From NCBI GenBank assembly GCA_963797555.1, contig CAWCPV010000007.1, positions 1 to 64,000 on the forward strand: a stretch of 64,000 nucleotides of DNA. Reading direction: 5' to 3'. The DNA comes from an uncultured Gammaproteobacteria bacterium (lineage in GTDB: Bacteria; Pseudomonadota; Gammaproteobacteria; CAWCPV01). Made by a program: the position numbers and the translations under genes. Below are positions 1-10,090 of this stretch, piece by piece. Position 1 is the stretch's first letter. Each line of letters begins with the position of its first letter. Below the pieces are notes generated by a model. It was given only the letters and a program-made list of their open reading frames with translations. It made no database searches and was not told the DNA's origin.

Positions 1-243
1 GTTTCGCCACCGGCTGGATCAGCTCGGCGAGGCGAATTGGACGGCGGTGGCGGCGACGGATTTCCGAGATGCTGCGGTCAAGGAGGGAAAGCAGGCCGAA
101 TTTCTGTTGCACGGCTTCTTTGCGTGGCGCCTCGTGCGGCGTGTCGGCGTGCTTTCCCGCCCCGTGTACGCGTGGTGGTGAACGCTCTGGTAGGCAGAGA
201 ACACCGGCCGGCTGTGGAAATCCGCCGCGAATGGTATTTTTGA
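1..243 (+). CDS. darT: DarT ssDNA ADP-ribosyltransferase toxin, C-terminal part (runs off the window; apparent frameshift near 170)
   Basis: Frame from nt 2 reads ...NWTAVAATDFRDAAVKEGKQAEFLLHGFFAWRLVRRVGV, containing the KQAEFL catalytic-Glu motif. A different frame supplies the end HRPAVEIRREWYF*. It lies 11 nt upstream of a macrodomain gene. Confidence 0.7.
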   Translation, partial: VSPPAGSARRGELDGGGGDGFPRCCGQGGKAGRISVARLLCVAPRAACRRAFPPRVRVVVNALVGREHRPAVEIRREWYF

Positions 244-254
244 GTCTGGAGGCG

Positions 255-1298
255 ATGATGAACCGATATCTCCAAGGCGATATTTTGAAGGCCGATGCCG
301 AGGCGCTGGTGAACACCGTCAACTGCGTTGGCGTGATGGGACGGGGTATTGTGCTCCAGTTCAGGAACGTCTTTCCGGACAACTTCAAAGCCTATGCGGC
401 TGCCTGCAAGCAGGGCGAGGTGCAGCCCGGCCGCATGTTCGTGTTCGAGACCGGGCAACTCACCGGCCCGCGCTACATCATCAACTTTCCCACCAAGCGC
501 CATTGGCGCGGGAAGAGCCGCATCGAGGATATCCGGGATGGCTTGGTTGCCCTGGTGTCCGAGATCAAGGCGCGCAACATCCGTTCCATCGCCATTCCGC
601 CGCTGGGCAGCGGGCTGGGCGGTCTCGAATGGAGTGAGGTCCGACCGGTCATCGAACGCGCCATGGCGGCGTTGCCGGATGTTGATATCCTTGTGTTCGA
701 GCCGGGAAGCGCACCGGCGGAAGGCAAAGCCAACCGGTCGCGCAATGTGCCCAGGATGACGGCGGGCCGCGCCGCCCTGGTGAGCCTGATGAACCGTTAT
801 CTCGCCGCGCTCATGGATCCGTCCATCACGCTGCTGGAAGTGCACAAGCTGATGTATTTCCTGCAGGCTGCGGGAGAGCCGCTGCGTCTGCGCTACGTGA
901 AGGCTCCGTATGGCCCCTATGCGGAGAACCTGCGCCACGTGCTCCGCGACATTGAAGGCCACCTGATTTCGGGTTATTCCGACGGCGGAGACGCGCCGGA
1001 CAAACAGCTTGTCTTGGTGCCGTGCGCGGTAAGCGACGCCGAAGCGTTTCTCGCATCCCATGCGGCGACCCATGATCGTTTCGACCGCGTGGTGCGCTTG
1101 GTGGAAGGGTTCGAGACCCCATTTGGACTCGAACTGCTGGCGACGGTGCATTGGGTTGCCACTCAAGAACAGACCATGTCGAAGGCCGATGTGGAGCGCG
1201 CCACCTATGCCTGGGCGCCGAGGAAGCGCCAATTCTCGCCCGCGCAGATTTCCTTGGGAGCAGAACGTCTGCGCGCCGAGGGGTGGTTGTCCGCCTGA
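255..1298 (+). CDS. darG: DarG macrodomain antitoxin
   Basis: GGAGG RBS then ATG at 255. GDILKADAEALVNTVNCVGVMGRGI, INFPTKRHW and AIPPLGSGLGGL are macrodomain motifs. C-terminal LLEVHKLMYFLQ...GPYA...GFETPFGLELLATVHW is typical of long DarG. Confidence 0.85.
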   Translation: MMNRYLQGDILKADAEALVNTVNCVGVMGRGIVLQFRNVFPDNFKAYAAACKQGEVQPGRMFVFETGQLTGPRYIINFPTKRHWRGKSRIEDIRDGLVALVSEIKARNIRSIAIPPLGSGLGGLEWSEVRPVIERAMAALPDVDILVFEPGSAPAEGKANRSRNVPRMTAGRAALVSLMNRYLAALMDPSITLLEVHKLMYFLQAAGEPLRLRYVKAPYGPYAENLRHVLRDIEGHLISGYSDGGDAPDKQLVLVPCAVSDAEAFLASHAATHDRFDRVVRLVEGFETPFGLELLATVHWVATQEQTMSKADVERATYAWAPRKRQFSPAQISLGAERLRAEGWLSA

Positions 1299-1311
1299 GG
1301 CGAGGGCAGCG

Positions 1312-1421
1312 ATAGTGACGTGCGTATGGCGGCGCTCGACGGAGCGGACGCGCTGGCGGAAGGACACAAATTTGTCGGCGACGCGGACCTCGACGTTGCA
1401 CCGGGGGAGGCCGAAGCATGA
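1312..1421 (+). pseudogene. Probable C-terminal remnant of a type I RM specificity subunit (HsdS)
   Basis: Translates as DSDVRMAALDGADALAEGHKFVGDADLDVAPGEAEA*, resembling the acidic 'LDVREAAA...DADLD...EAEA' tail of HsdS. An hsdR remnant lies nearby. Confidence 0.35.
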
Positions 1422-1487
1422 CGACAGTCCAACGCACAAGGCGGCGAGGATTTTCCTGAGAAGCATTGGGGCACGGAGGGAGAGAGG

Positions 1488-1946
1488 GTGCCTTTGACCC
1501 AGACCGAGTTCGAAACGCTGTTGAGCGACACGACCAAGCGCATCGAAGGCGACCTCGTCTGGCAGACGGACGAAGATCATTCGCCCTGTTTCGACTTCCG
1601 CGCCGAGGTGCGCTCCGAAAGCGGATGGCCGCTCTTCGTGCGAGGCAGCTTCAACCCGCTCATCCCCGCCCTGTCTTACGGGCTGATCCTGAAGACCGAC
1701 GGGCGGATCTACGGGCTCGACCTCGGCAAGGACCACCACAACCCGGAATGCCAGCAGGTGGGTGAGTGCCATAAGCACCGCTGGACGGAGCGATTCCGCG
1801 ACAAGGATGCCTATGTGCCCACGGACATCACGGCCGCTGCCTCGCAGCCAGTGGATGTCTGGCAGCAGTTCTGTGCGGAGGCCCGGATCGACCATCAGGG
1901 GCGGATGTTCCCTCCACCGCCTTCGACGTGGGGGCTGTTTCTATGA
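1488..1946 (+). CDS. Hypothetical protein with HHNP-x-C and HKH motifs (DUF6978-like, name from memory)
   Basis: Intact 152-aa ORF with GGAGGGAGAG RBS and motif YGLDLGKDHHNPECQQVGECHKHRW. Its stop overlaps the next ATG (ATGA). Confidence 0.6.
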   Translation: MPLTQTEFETLLSDTTKRIEGDLVWQTDEDHSPCFDFRAEVRSESGWPLFVRGSFNPLIPALSYGLILKTDGRIYGLDLGKDHHNPECQQVGECHKHRWTERFRDKDAYVPTDITAAASQPVDVWQQFCAEARIDHQGRMFPPPPSTWGLFL

Positions 1947-2719
1947 ACGCGTCGAATCTGTGCGCTGATTTGCAACGCGACCTGGGAGAGCTCTTCTCCT
2001 GCGGACAGCACGGCGAATTTCAGCGCATCCGCACGCCGTACCTCTATCCGGATGGGGACTACATCGACCTGTACGTGGAGACGAATGGGGACATCATCTC
2101 CGTGTCCGATCTGGGAGAAACCCTGCGCTGGCTGCGCTCCCAGACGCTGTCGCCGCGCCGCTCGCCCAAGCAGAATGCCCTGATCGCAGATGCCTGCCTG
2201 ACGCATGGGGTTGAGTTCTACAAAGGCACGCTACTAGCTCGTTGTCGTCCGGGAGACTCCCTGGCAGGGGTGACGATGCGGGTGGCTCAGGTCTGCCTGC
2301 GGGTATCGGATCTGTGGTTCACCTTCCGCACGCGGGCTGTGGAATCCGTCACCGATGAAGTCGCGGATTTCCTTTCCGAGCGGCGGTTCAACTTCGAGCG
2401 TGCAGCGAGGCTCGCCGGACGATCCGGGCGGGGATGGAGCGTGGATTTTCATGTCCGGGCGCCGGCGCGCAGTTCCCTGGTCTACGTCCTGAGCACGGGT
2501 AACCGCTCCGCCGCGCGCGCTGTGGCCAACACCGTGCTCGCGGCGTGGTACGACCTGAACCACCTGGCGGTCGGGCCGGAGGCATTGCGTTTCGTCTCAC
2601 TGTTCGACGATACGGTGGACGTCTGGGCCGACGAGGACTTCCGCCTGGTGGAGGGTCTATCCACGGTGGCGCACTGGTCACGACCCGACGAATTCGCCGA
2701 AGTGCTTCAGGCGGCATAG
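1943..2719 (+). CDS. DUF1828/DUF1829-like protein; C-terminus resembles a restriction-endonuclease-like fold
   Basis: N-terminal IRTPYLYPDGDYIDLYV...VSDLGETL; C-terminal GRSGRGWSVDFHV...SLFDD. Translationally coupled to the upstream gene. Confidence 0.6.
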   Translation: MNASNLCADLQRDLGELFSCGQHGEFQRIRTPYLYPDGDYIDLYVETNGDIISVSDLGETLRWLRSQTLSPRRSPKQNALIADACLTHGVEFYKGTLLARCRPGDSLAGVTMRVAQVCLRVSDLWFTFRTRAVESVTDEVADFLSERRFNFERAARLAGRSGRGWSVDFHVRAPARSSLVYVLSTGNRSAARAVANTVLAAWYDLNHLAVGPEALRFVSLFDDTVDVWADEDFRLVEGLSTVAHWSRPDEFAEVLQAA

Positions 2720-2849
2720 GTCGGGGAATGGGCGGAGGCACCGGTGGGAGGCAGGCCGACACCAGACGGCTGAAGGTAGTCGGCCTGGGTAACATTCCCA
2801 AATTGGGTACGCTGGTTCCCGATATGGGAATGAGCAAGGCCGCTAAGGG

Positions 2850-3047
2850 TTGGCCTTCGTCTATGGCTCGGTGGCGAGCGGCGAGGACCGGGCGGACAGC
2901 GACATCGATCTGATGGTGATCGCCGAGGGTCTGGACTACCCGACGCTGTTCGAGGCCCTGCAGGCCGCCGAACGAGATCTAGCCCGGCCGGTCAGGAGTG
3001 GAGGCGAAAGCGTGCGCAGTTGGACAGTTTCCCGCCCGAGTCGCTGA
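2850..3047 (+). pseudogene. Minimal nucleotidyltransferase (MNT) fragment
   Basis: AFVYGSVASGEDRADSDIDLMVIA is the GS...DxD motif. Both termini appear missing. Confidence 0.6.
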
Positions 3048-3079
3048 CAGGCCACACCTGCTCGTACTCGGATCCGAGG

Positions 3080-3495
3080 ATGACCTCTGACAAGCTTGAG
3101 AATCTGGTCCGGACCGGCCTGCTCAAGCAGGAACCGCCGCCTCCTGACCTGGTCGGGCTGAAGCAACCCGGGCTGTCCCGCCTGGCCTACGCCGAACACA
3201 ATGACCTCGCGTTCGAGAGCCGCTTCGACCTGGCATACAACGCCGCCCACGCCTTGGCGCTGTGCGCGCTCCGACGTACGGGCTACAGGTCCGAGAAACG
3301 TTACCTGGTGTTTCAGACGCTTGCCGAGACGGCGGGCCTGGCTGCCGGCCACTGGGGGGTGCTGACCAAGGCGCACAAAAGCGCGATCTCGCCGAGTACA
3401 AAGGCTACCTGGAGCAGGACGCGCGCCTTCTCGCTGACGATCTCGCGGCGACGCGGACTTTGGCTGTGCTCCTGACTGAGGGAAAACGGCGGTGA
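3080..3495 (+). pseudogene. HEPN-like partner of MNT, frameshifted near 3380
   Basis: MTSDKLENLVRTGLLKQEP...SRFDLAYNAAHALALCALRRTGYRSEKRYLVFQTL, then another frame gives KRDLAEYKG (RxxxxY-type HEPN motif). Confidence 0.55.
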
Positions 3496-5247
3496 GCGCC
3501 GGGTTCCCAGACACCTCGGAAAAGGGTCTGGAGCGGCTGATCTGCACGGCGCTGGCGGGCCATCCCTGTGACCCGCTGCAGGCGGGGGATCTGCGCGAGC
3601 GGCCGGCCATTTACGGCGTCGGCTGGGTCGGCGGCGATCCCAACGACTACGACCGCGAGTACTGCATGGACCTGGCGCAGCTCACCAGGTTCCTGCGGGA
3701 GACGCAGCCCAAGGTGGCCGAGGCGCTCGATCTCGACCAGGACGGTCCGACGCGGCGCAAGTTCCTGGCGCGCCTGCAGGGCGAGATCAGCAAGCGCGGC
3801 ATCATCGACGTGCTGCGCCACGGCATCAAGCACGGGCCGCACCAGCTCGACCTGTTCTACGGCACGCCGTCGCCGGGCAACGCGAAGGCCCGGGAGCGTT
3901 ACGCCGCGAACCGCTTCAGCGTCACGCGCCAGCTCCGCTACAGCCGCGACGAGACGCAGCTCGCCCTCGACCTCGGTCTGTTCATCAACGGCCTCCCGGT
4001 CGCCACTTTCGAGCTGAAGAACAGCCTGACCAAGCAGACGGTGGAGGACGCCATCCAGCAGTACAAGCGCGACCGCGACCCGCGCGAGAAGCTGTTCGAG
4101 TTCGGCCGTTGCGTGGTGCATTTCGCGGTGGACGACCACGAGGTGCGCTTCTGCACCCACTTGAAGGGCAGAGCCTCGGGTTTCCTTCCAGCCAGATCGC
4201 CGACCGGATTCAGGAGGACCCCTATCGCTTTCTGATCTGCGCCGACAAGTTCCAGACCGGCTACGACGAGCCGCTGCTGCACACCATGTACGTGGACAAG
4301 GTGCTCTCGGGGATCAAGGCGGTGCAGGCGCTCTCCCGCTTGAATCGCGCCCACCCCCAGAAGCACGATGTCTTCATCCTCGACTTCATGAACGACGCGG
4401 ACACCATCCAGCAGGCTTTCGCAGACTATTACCGCACCACGATCCTCGCGGAAGAGACGGACCCGGACAAGCTGCACGACCTCGAGACTGCCCTCGACGC
4501 CTACCAGGTCTACTCGGCACACAGATCGACGAGCTGGTCACGCTCTACCTCGACGGCGCCGACCGTGACCGGCTGGACCCCATCCTGGACGCTTGCGTCG
4601 CCGTCTACAGGGAGCAGCTCGACGAGGATGGGCAGGTAGACTTCAAGGGCAAGGCAAAGGCGTTCACGCGTACCTATGGCTTCCTCGCTCAGGTCCTGCC
4701 TTACACCAACGCCGAGTGGGAGAAGCTCTCGATCTTCCTCGCCTTCCTCGTGCCGAAGCCGCCGGCGCCCGTGGAGGAAGACCTGTCGAAGGGTATCCTG
4801 GAGGCCATCGACATGGACAGCTACCGCGTCGAGAAGCAGGCCGCGATGCGGATCCAGCTTCCGGACTCGGCCGCGGAGATCCCGCCGGTGCCGACGAGCG
4901 GAGGAGGGCGCAAGCCCGAGCCGGAGCTCGACCGGCTGTCGAATATCCTCAAGACCTTCAACGACCAGTTCGGCAACATCCGCTGGACCGACGCCGACCG
5001 CGTGCACAGGCTGATCACCGAGGACATCCCGAACCGCGTCGCGGCCGATACGGCCTACCAGAATGCCAAGAAGAACTCCGACAAGCAGAACGCCCGCATC
5101 GAGCACGACAAGGCGCTGGCGCGCGTGATGACCGCCGTGCTCAAGGACGACACCGAGCTGTTCAAGCAGTTCATGGACAACGAGTCGTTCCGGCGGTGGC
5201 TCACGGAGACGGTTTTCGGGTTGACTTACGAGACCGGCACTGCATGA
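3492..5247 (+). pseudogene. hsdR: Type I restriction endonuclease subunit R with the central helicase region deleted
   Basis: N-terminal DLGLFINGLPVATFELKN...AIQQYK...HFAVDD joins out of frame at ~4190 to the late part ADKFQTGYDEPLLHTMYVDK...AVQALSRLNR and C-terminal ELDRLSNILKTFND. No Walker A or DEAH motif. Confidence 0.8.
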
Positions 5248-5327
5248 GGCCCTCCCACTCTGGCCGAAGAACACCGAACGCGCCCGATGGTCCGGCGACA
5301 AGCCCGTGAAGCAGGTGGTGCGGGAGG

Positions 5328-5643
5328 GTGCGCACCCACAAAGATCCCAACGTGCAGAAATGGCTGGGAAAACATCCGCGTTTCCACACCCATTTCACGC
5401 CCACCTCGGCATCCTGGTTGAACATGGTCGAGCGATTCTTCCGCGACCTGACTGTGGATCGGTTGCGCCGTGGTGTGTTTCGAAGCGTCCCCGAGTTGAT
5501 CCCTGCCATCAACGGCTATGTCGATGTCCACAGCGCCAATCCCAAACCCTTCATCTGGACCGCCAAGGCTAAGGGCATTTTGCAGAAGGTCATCCGCGCC
5601 GACGCACGTTTAGGTTCTAAGCAGAATGAAGCACTACACTTGA
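5328..5643 (+). mobile_element. IS630-family transposase C-terminal remnant
   Basis: THK.PNVQKWLGKHPRFHTHFTPTSASWLNMVERFF...PKPFIWTAKA; ends near GCACTACAC like IS630 right ends. Confidence 0.8.
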
Positions 5644-6162
5644 CGCACGGCCGCGCGGGGTTTGCCCCACAGTGATGTAACCGCGGCCAAGGCGGTCCCC
5701 TCCTTGCTCGGCGGAACCAGAATCGCATGAGGAGGTGGAGACCGGCCTCATCGGCCTACGCTCGGAGCAGAGCCAGAGCCGAACCTATGCCGGTGGCGTT
5801 TGGGTCTGCGGCGGTGACGCCGCTCGTTCGTGCCCGACGCTCCCGTCAAGCGGGCGCCCCCGCCCGCAGACTTGGATTGTCGGGTTACGCTGCGGGAACC
5901 CGACCTACCGTGTGCTTCCTGTACCCTGTAGACGCCGGCCGGTGGCGCGTGGCATCGGAGGGTACCCGCGCGGCGCGTGTTCGTTTCTACCGGCTCGCGC
6001 ACCCACCGACGATACCGGAGGCGCCGGACCAGCTCCCACTGGAGCTGGCGAGGAACAGCCTTCCGTGCGCTGATCCGATTGCGCGATACGGGCGGCCGTC
6101 CCACACCGGCCCCGCGAGGGGTTATCCTTGTTCGGCGACCGGGGGCTGAGAGGAGGCGGACC

Positions 6163-7215
6163 GTGGACGAGATCCAGTTCGAGCGCTTCGAGGACGAGTT
6201 CCAAGTCCTGAACCCACTGAAGGGGTTTGCCAGGGAGGTGCAGCGCGTCGAGGTGCGTATAGACCCGTTGCTCGGGCACTGCAGCGTCTACAACCCCCTG
6301 CTGCGCGACAAGGTGAAGATGTTCGTGGGGGACGTGGACCGCGAGCTGGTGGAGAGTCTCGCCAAAGAAAGCGCCCGCACCTGCTTCTTCTGCCCGGAGC
6401 GCATCGACCATGTGGCCCGGTTCCCGGAAGACCTGATCCCCGAGGGCGTTATCCGGGTCGGCGAGACGGTGCTCTTCCCCAACCTCTTTTCGCTGGGCCG
6501 ACACCACGCCGTGGCGGCGCTGTCGCGGGCGCATTTCCTGGAGCTGCGCGAGTTCACGCCGGAGCTCCTGACGGATGCCTTCCGCGCATTGCAGCGGCTG
6601 CTCCTCGCGACCGAGGCCAAGGATCCGGACGCGCTCTACTCGACCGTCAACGCCAATTACCTGTTCCCGGCGGGCGCGAGCCTCATGCACCCCCATTTCC
6701 AGCTCCTCGCCACGGCCGTGCCCTACACGCATCAGGCGCACCTGCTGGCAGCCTGCCGGCATTACCTGGCAGGCCACGGGCGACCCTACCACACCGATCT
6801 GATCGCGGCCGAGCGCACCCACGAGCACCGATACATCGCGCGCACCGAGGGCTGGGACTGGATCGCCGCCTATGCGCCGACCGGGTCGAACGAGATCGTC
6901 GGAGTGCACGAGGCGAACGGCGACCTGGCGCAGCTCGCCGACCACGACCTGCGGGCCTTGGCGCGCGGGCTGTCGGCAACGCTGCGGCTGTACGAGTCTC
7001 TCGGCCATCTGAGCTTCAACTTTTCCCTGTACTCGCGGCGGGAGGCGGGCGAGCCGGACGGCTTCCACTGCCTGATACGCTGCATCACGCGGCAAAACCC
7101 GTACCCCAACTACCGCACGGACGACTTCTTCCTGCAGCGGGGTCTGCAGACCGAAATCATCCTGCGCCTCCCGGAAGACCTGGCGGCAGCGGCGCGGCCC
7201 CACTTCGGGGAGTAG
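6163..7215 (+). CDS. Galactose-1-phosphate uridylyltransferase-like (GalT/HIT superfamily) protein
   Basis: AGGAGG RBS then GTG. CFFC Zn motif and GASLMHPHFQ (HxHxQ catalytic motif). Confidence 0.7.
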   Translation: MDEIQFERFEDEFQVLNPLKGFAREVQRVEVRIDPLLGHCSVYNPLLRDKVKMFVGDVDRELVESLAKESARTCFFCPERIDHVARFPEDLIPEGVIRVGETVLFPNLFSLGRHHAVAALSRAHFLELREFTPELLTDAFRALQRLLLATEAKDPDALYSTVNANYLFPAGASLMHPHFQLLATAVPYTHQAHLLAACRHYLAGHGRPYHTDLIAAERTHEHRYIARTEGWDWIAAYAPTGSNEIVGVHEANGDLAQLADHDLRALARGLSATLRLYESLGHLSFNFSLYSRREAGEPDGFHCLIRCITRQNPYPNYRTDDFFLQRGLQTEIILRLPEDLAAAARPHFGE

Positions 7216-7240
7216 CCGGCCGAACGGGGTCACCGCTCCC

Positions 7241-8545
7241 ATGTCTCGCCCCTCCGCTGCCGGCACCTTCACCCTCCACGGCACCCTGGAACGCCTGGTC
7301 GACGTGGAGCCTCACGAGGTGCGGGCGCTGTTGTGGTCTTTCTTTTACTTTTTCTCGCTCCTCTGCGGTTACTACGTGGTGCGCCCCATGCGCGACGAGA
7401 TGGGCGTCGCCGGGGGCGTGGAGCACCTGCAGTGGCTGTTCACGGGCACCTTCGTGGTCATGCTCGCCGCAGTTCCGCTGTTCGGCTGGGTGTCGGCACG
7501 GTTCGAGCGCCGGCGCTTCGTGCCCTACGTCTATTACTTCTTCATCGCCCACCTGCTGGCGTTCTACATCCTCTTCGAGTCCGACATCCGCCACGCCTAT
7601 GTCGCGCGCGCGTTCTTCATCTGGGCGAGCGTGTTCAACCTGTTCGTGGTCTCCGTCTTCTGGAGCTTTATGGCGGACATCTTCAGCAACGCCCAGGCGC
7701 GGCGGCTGTTCGGGGTGATCGCGGCCGGGGGGACGGCAGGCGCCATCGCAGGACCCGTGCTCACCACTCTCCTGGCGCTGCCGCTCGGACCCAGCAACCT
7801 CCTCCTCGTCTCCGCCCTGCTCCTGGGCGTGGCCGCCCTGTGCATCCAGCGACTGACGGTCTGGCGCGCCGAGCAGCCGGAGGCCCCAGGAGCGGAGTCC
7901 GCCGCTCGGCCGATGGGCGGCAGCATCCTGGCCGGCATCCGGCTGGTGGCCGGCTCGACCTACCTGCTGGGCATCTGCCTGCTGATGCTGCTCTTCACCA
8001 CGCTGGCCACCTTTCTCTACTTCCAGCAGGCGCACATCGTGCGCGACAGCTTCAACGACCCGGCACAGCGCACGGCCGTTTTCGCGGGCATGGACCTCGC
8101 CGTGAATACGCTGACCGTGGTGATGCAGGTGTTTCTGACCGGGCGCCTGGTGAGGTGGATCGGGCTCGCATGGACACTGGCGCTGTTGCCGCTCCTGCTG
8201 GCCGGAGGCTTCGTGTGGCTCGGAAGCACGCCGCTTTTGGCGGTGCTGATCGTCGTGCAGGTGCTGCGGCGGGCGGGCAATTACGCCATCATGCGGCCAG
8301 CGCGCGAAATGCTGTACGTGGTCCTGAGCCGGGAGGAGAAATACAAGGCCAAGAACTTCATCGACACCGTGGTCTACCGCGGCGGCGATGCGAGCAGCGC
8401 CTGGGTCTATGCCGGGCTGAGCGGGCTGGGACTGAGCTTGTCGGGGCTCGCCTTCGTCGCCGCGCCGCTCGCGCTCGCACTGGCTTGGGTGGCCTACCGG
8501 CTGGGATTGCGCCAGACGTCCATGGCGCCCGCGCCGCACCATTGA
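7241..8545 (+). CDS. MFS transporter, NTP/NDP-exchange (ADP/ATP translocase-like) family
   Basis: About 12 hydrophobic segments; YYVVRPMRD, FWSFMADIF...ARRLFG and RPAREMLY...EKYKAKNFIDTVVYRGGD motifs. Confidence 0.75.
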   Translation: MSRPSAAGTFTLHGTLERLVDVEPHEVRALLWSFFYFFSLLCGYYVVRPMRDEMGVAGGVEHLQWLFTGTFVVMLAAVPLFGWVSARFERRRFVPYVYYFFIAHLLAFYILFESDIRHAYVARAFFIWASVFNLFVVSVFWSFMADIFSNAQARRLFGVIAAGGTAGAIAGPVLTTLLALPLGPSNLLLVSALLLGVAALCIQRLTVWRAEQPEAPGAESAARPMGGSILAGIRLVAGSTYLLGICLLMLLFTTLATFLYFQQAHIVRDSFNDPAQRTAVFAGMDLAVNTLTVVMQVFLTGRLVRWIGLAWTLALLPLLLAGGFVWLGSTPLLAVLIVVQVLRRAGNYAIMRPAREMLYVVLSREEKYKAKNFIDTVVYRGGDASSAWVYAGLSGLGLSLSGLAFVAAPLALALAWVAYRLGLRQTSMAPAPHH

Positions 8546-8569
8546 AGAACCGACGCAAGGAGATACGCG

Positions 8570-9502
8570 ATGGAGAGACAGACATGCACCACGACGCGCC
8601 GCAGGTTCCTGGAGCTGCTGGGGGCGGGTGCCGCCCTCGTGGCGGCAGCGCCTTGGACCGGCGCGGAAGCGCGAGTGGTCACGAAGAAAGCGATTCCCTC
8701 GACCGGCGAGCTTCTTCCGGTCATCGGCATGGGTACGGCCCGGACTTTCGACGTGGGCGCAGACGCGCGCGCCCGTGAGGAGTTGCTTCCGGTGCTGCAG
8801 GCCCTGTTCGACAACGGGGGCACGGTCATCGACTCCTCCCCCATGTACGGGAGCGCCGAGGCGGTGGTCGGGGACCTGCTCAGGAGGGTGCGCCACGAGC
8901 AGGCCCCGTTCGTCGCCACCAAGGTGTGGACCTTCGGCAAGGAGTCGGGAATCCGCCAGATGCTGGCCTCGATGGAGCGCTTGGGCGTCAAGGTCATCGA
9001 CCTGATGCAGATCCACAACCTCAGGGACTGGCGGGTACACGTGGAGACCCTCAAGGAGTGGAAGGCCGCCGGCAAGGTGCGCTATATCGGCATTACCACA
9101 TCGCACGGGCGCATGCACGAGGAGTTGGAGCAGGCCATGAAGGAGCAGCCCTTCGACTTCGTGCAGCTCAGCTACAACATCGAGGACCGCGCGGCCGAGG
9201 AGCGGCTGCTGCCGCTGGCAACGGAACGGCGCATGGGGGTCCTCGTCAACCGGCCTTTCCAGACGGGTGGGCTGTTCAGGAGAACCAGAGGCAAACCGCT
9301 GCCCGACTGGGCGAAGGAATTCGACTGCACGAGCTGGGCGCAATTCTTTCTGAACTTCGCCGTGTCGCATCCGGCCGCGACCTGCGCCATCCCGGCGACC
9401 GCGGACGTGCGTCACATGATCGACGACATGGGGGCCAACTACGGGCGTCTGCCCGACGCGGCGCTGCGGGAGCGCATGGTCCAGTACTACCAGTCGCTAT
9501 GA
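8570..9502 (+). CDS. Aldo/keto reductase with Tat signal peptide
   Basis: TRRRFL twin-arginine signal; IGMGT, IDSSPMYG, ATKVW, IDLMQIHN and GKVRYIGIT motifs. Confidence 0.85.
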   Translation: MERQTCTTTRRRFLELLGAGAALVAAAPWTGAEARVVTKKAIPSTGELLPVIGMGTARTFDVGADARAREELLPVLQALFDNGGTVIDSSPMYGSAEAVVGDLLRRVRHEQAPFVATKVWTFGKESGIRQMLASMERLGVKVIDLMQIHNLRDWRVHVETLKEWKAAGKVRYIGITTSHGRMHEELEQAMKEQPFDFVQLSYNIEDRAAEERLLPLATERRMGVLVNRPFQTGGLFRRTRGKPLPDWAKEFDCTSWAQFFLNFAVSHPAATCAIPATADVRHMIDDMGANYGRLPDAALRERMVQYYQSL

Positions 9503-10090
9503 TGAGAGATCGTGGTCTGTCCGGGCCGCGATCCACCCAACGGGATGGAAGGCGGGCGTTCGCAATTGACACGCAGCGCCCGGAAAGGATAGTCCGCGGG
9601 AGTCCGACCGCGACGCGTTCAAGTCGCTGCTGGATGAGGTTCAGGAAGGTTGAGCCGGCGTCTGGGCGCCGCGTTCCGCAAGCGGCGCCCGGGAGACGCG
9701 CGCATTCGCGGGAACGCCGGCCGCGACCTGACGCAAGCCGCCGGCCTCGCTGGACTGGCTGCAGGGTCCTAACCTTTTCGTGGACCTCCTCCTGGGCATG
9801 AGCAAACCCATCAAGATCGCGTTGGCGTGCCTGCTCTGCGTTGGAGTTGTCGTGGTGATCGCGGCGGCCGTCCGGTGGCTCGTGGGCTGACCGTGGAGAC
9901 GCGCACGCTCACCCTGGCGCCATGTACCGAACCGTCACCCGGGACGACCAGCCGGAGCCCGTCATAGAGTTCGCCCGCACCTGATGCTTTCCGGCAGGCA
10001 TGGAACCCATGCCGTGCGTTGGTGCTGGCCGGAGGGCGAGAGTCGTGCATCGGCACCGTTCCCACTGCCGGCCTGATAAACTGCCCGCCC

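Noticed and set aside
5700-6120. Possible gene remnant (EEVETGLIGLRSEQ...) resembling an efflux outer-membrane protein tail
   Set aside because: Too short and degenerate to support.
9798-9890. Small hydrophobic ORF MSKPIKIALACLLCVGVVVVIAAAVRWLVG
   Set aside because: No clear RBS and no recognisable family; may be a decayed gene start.
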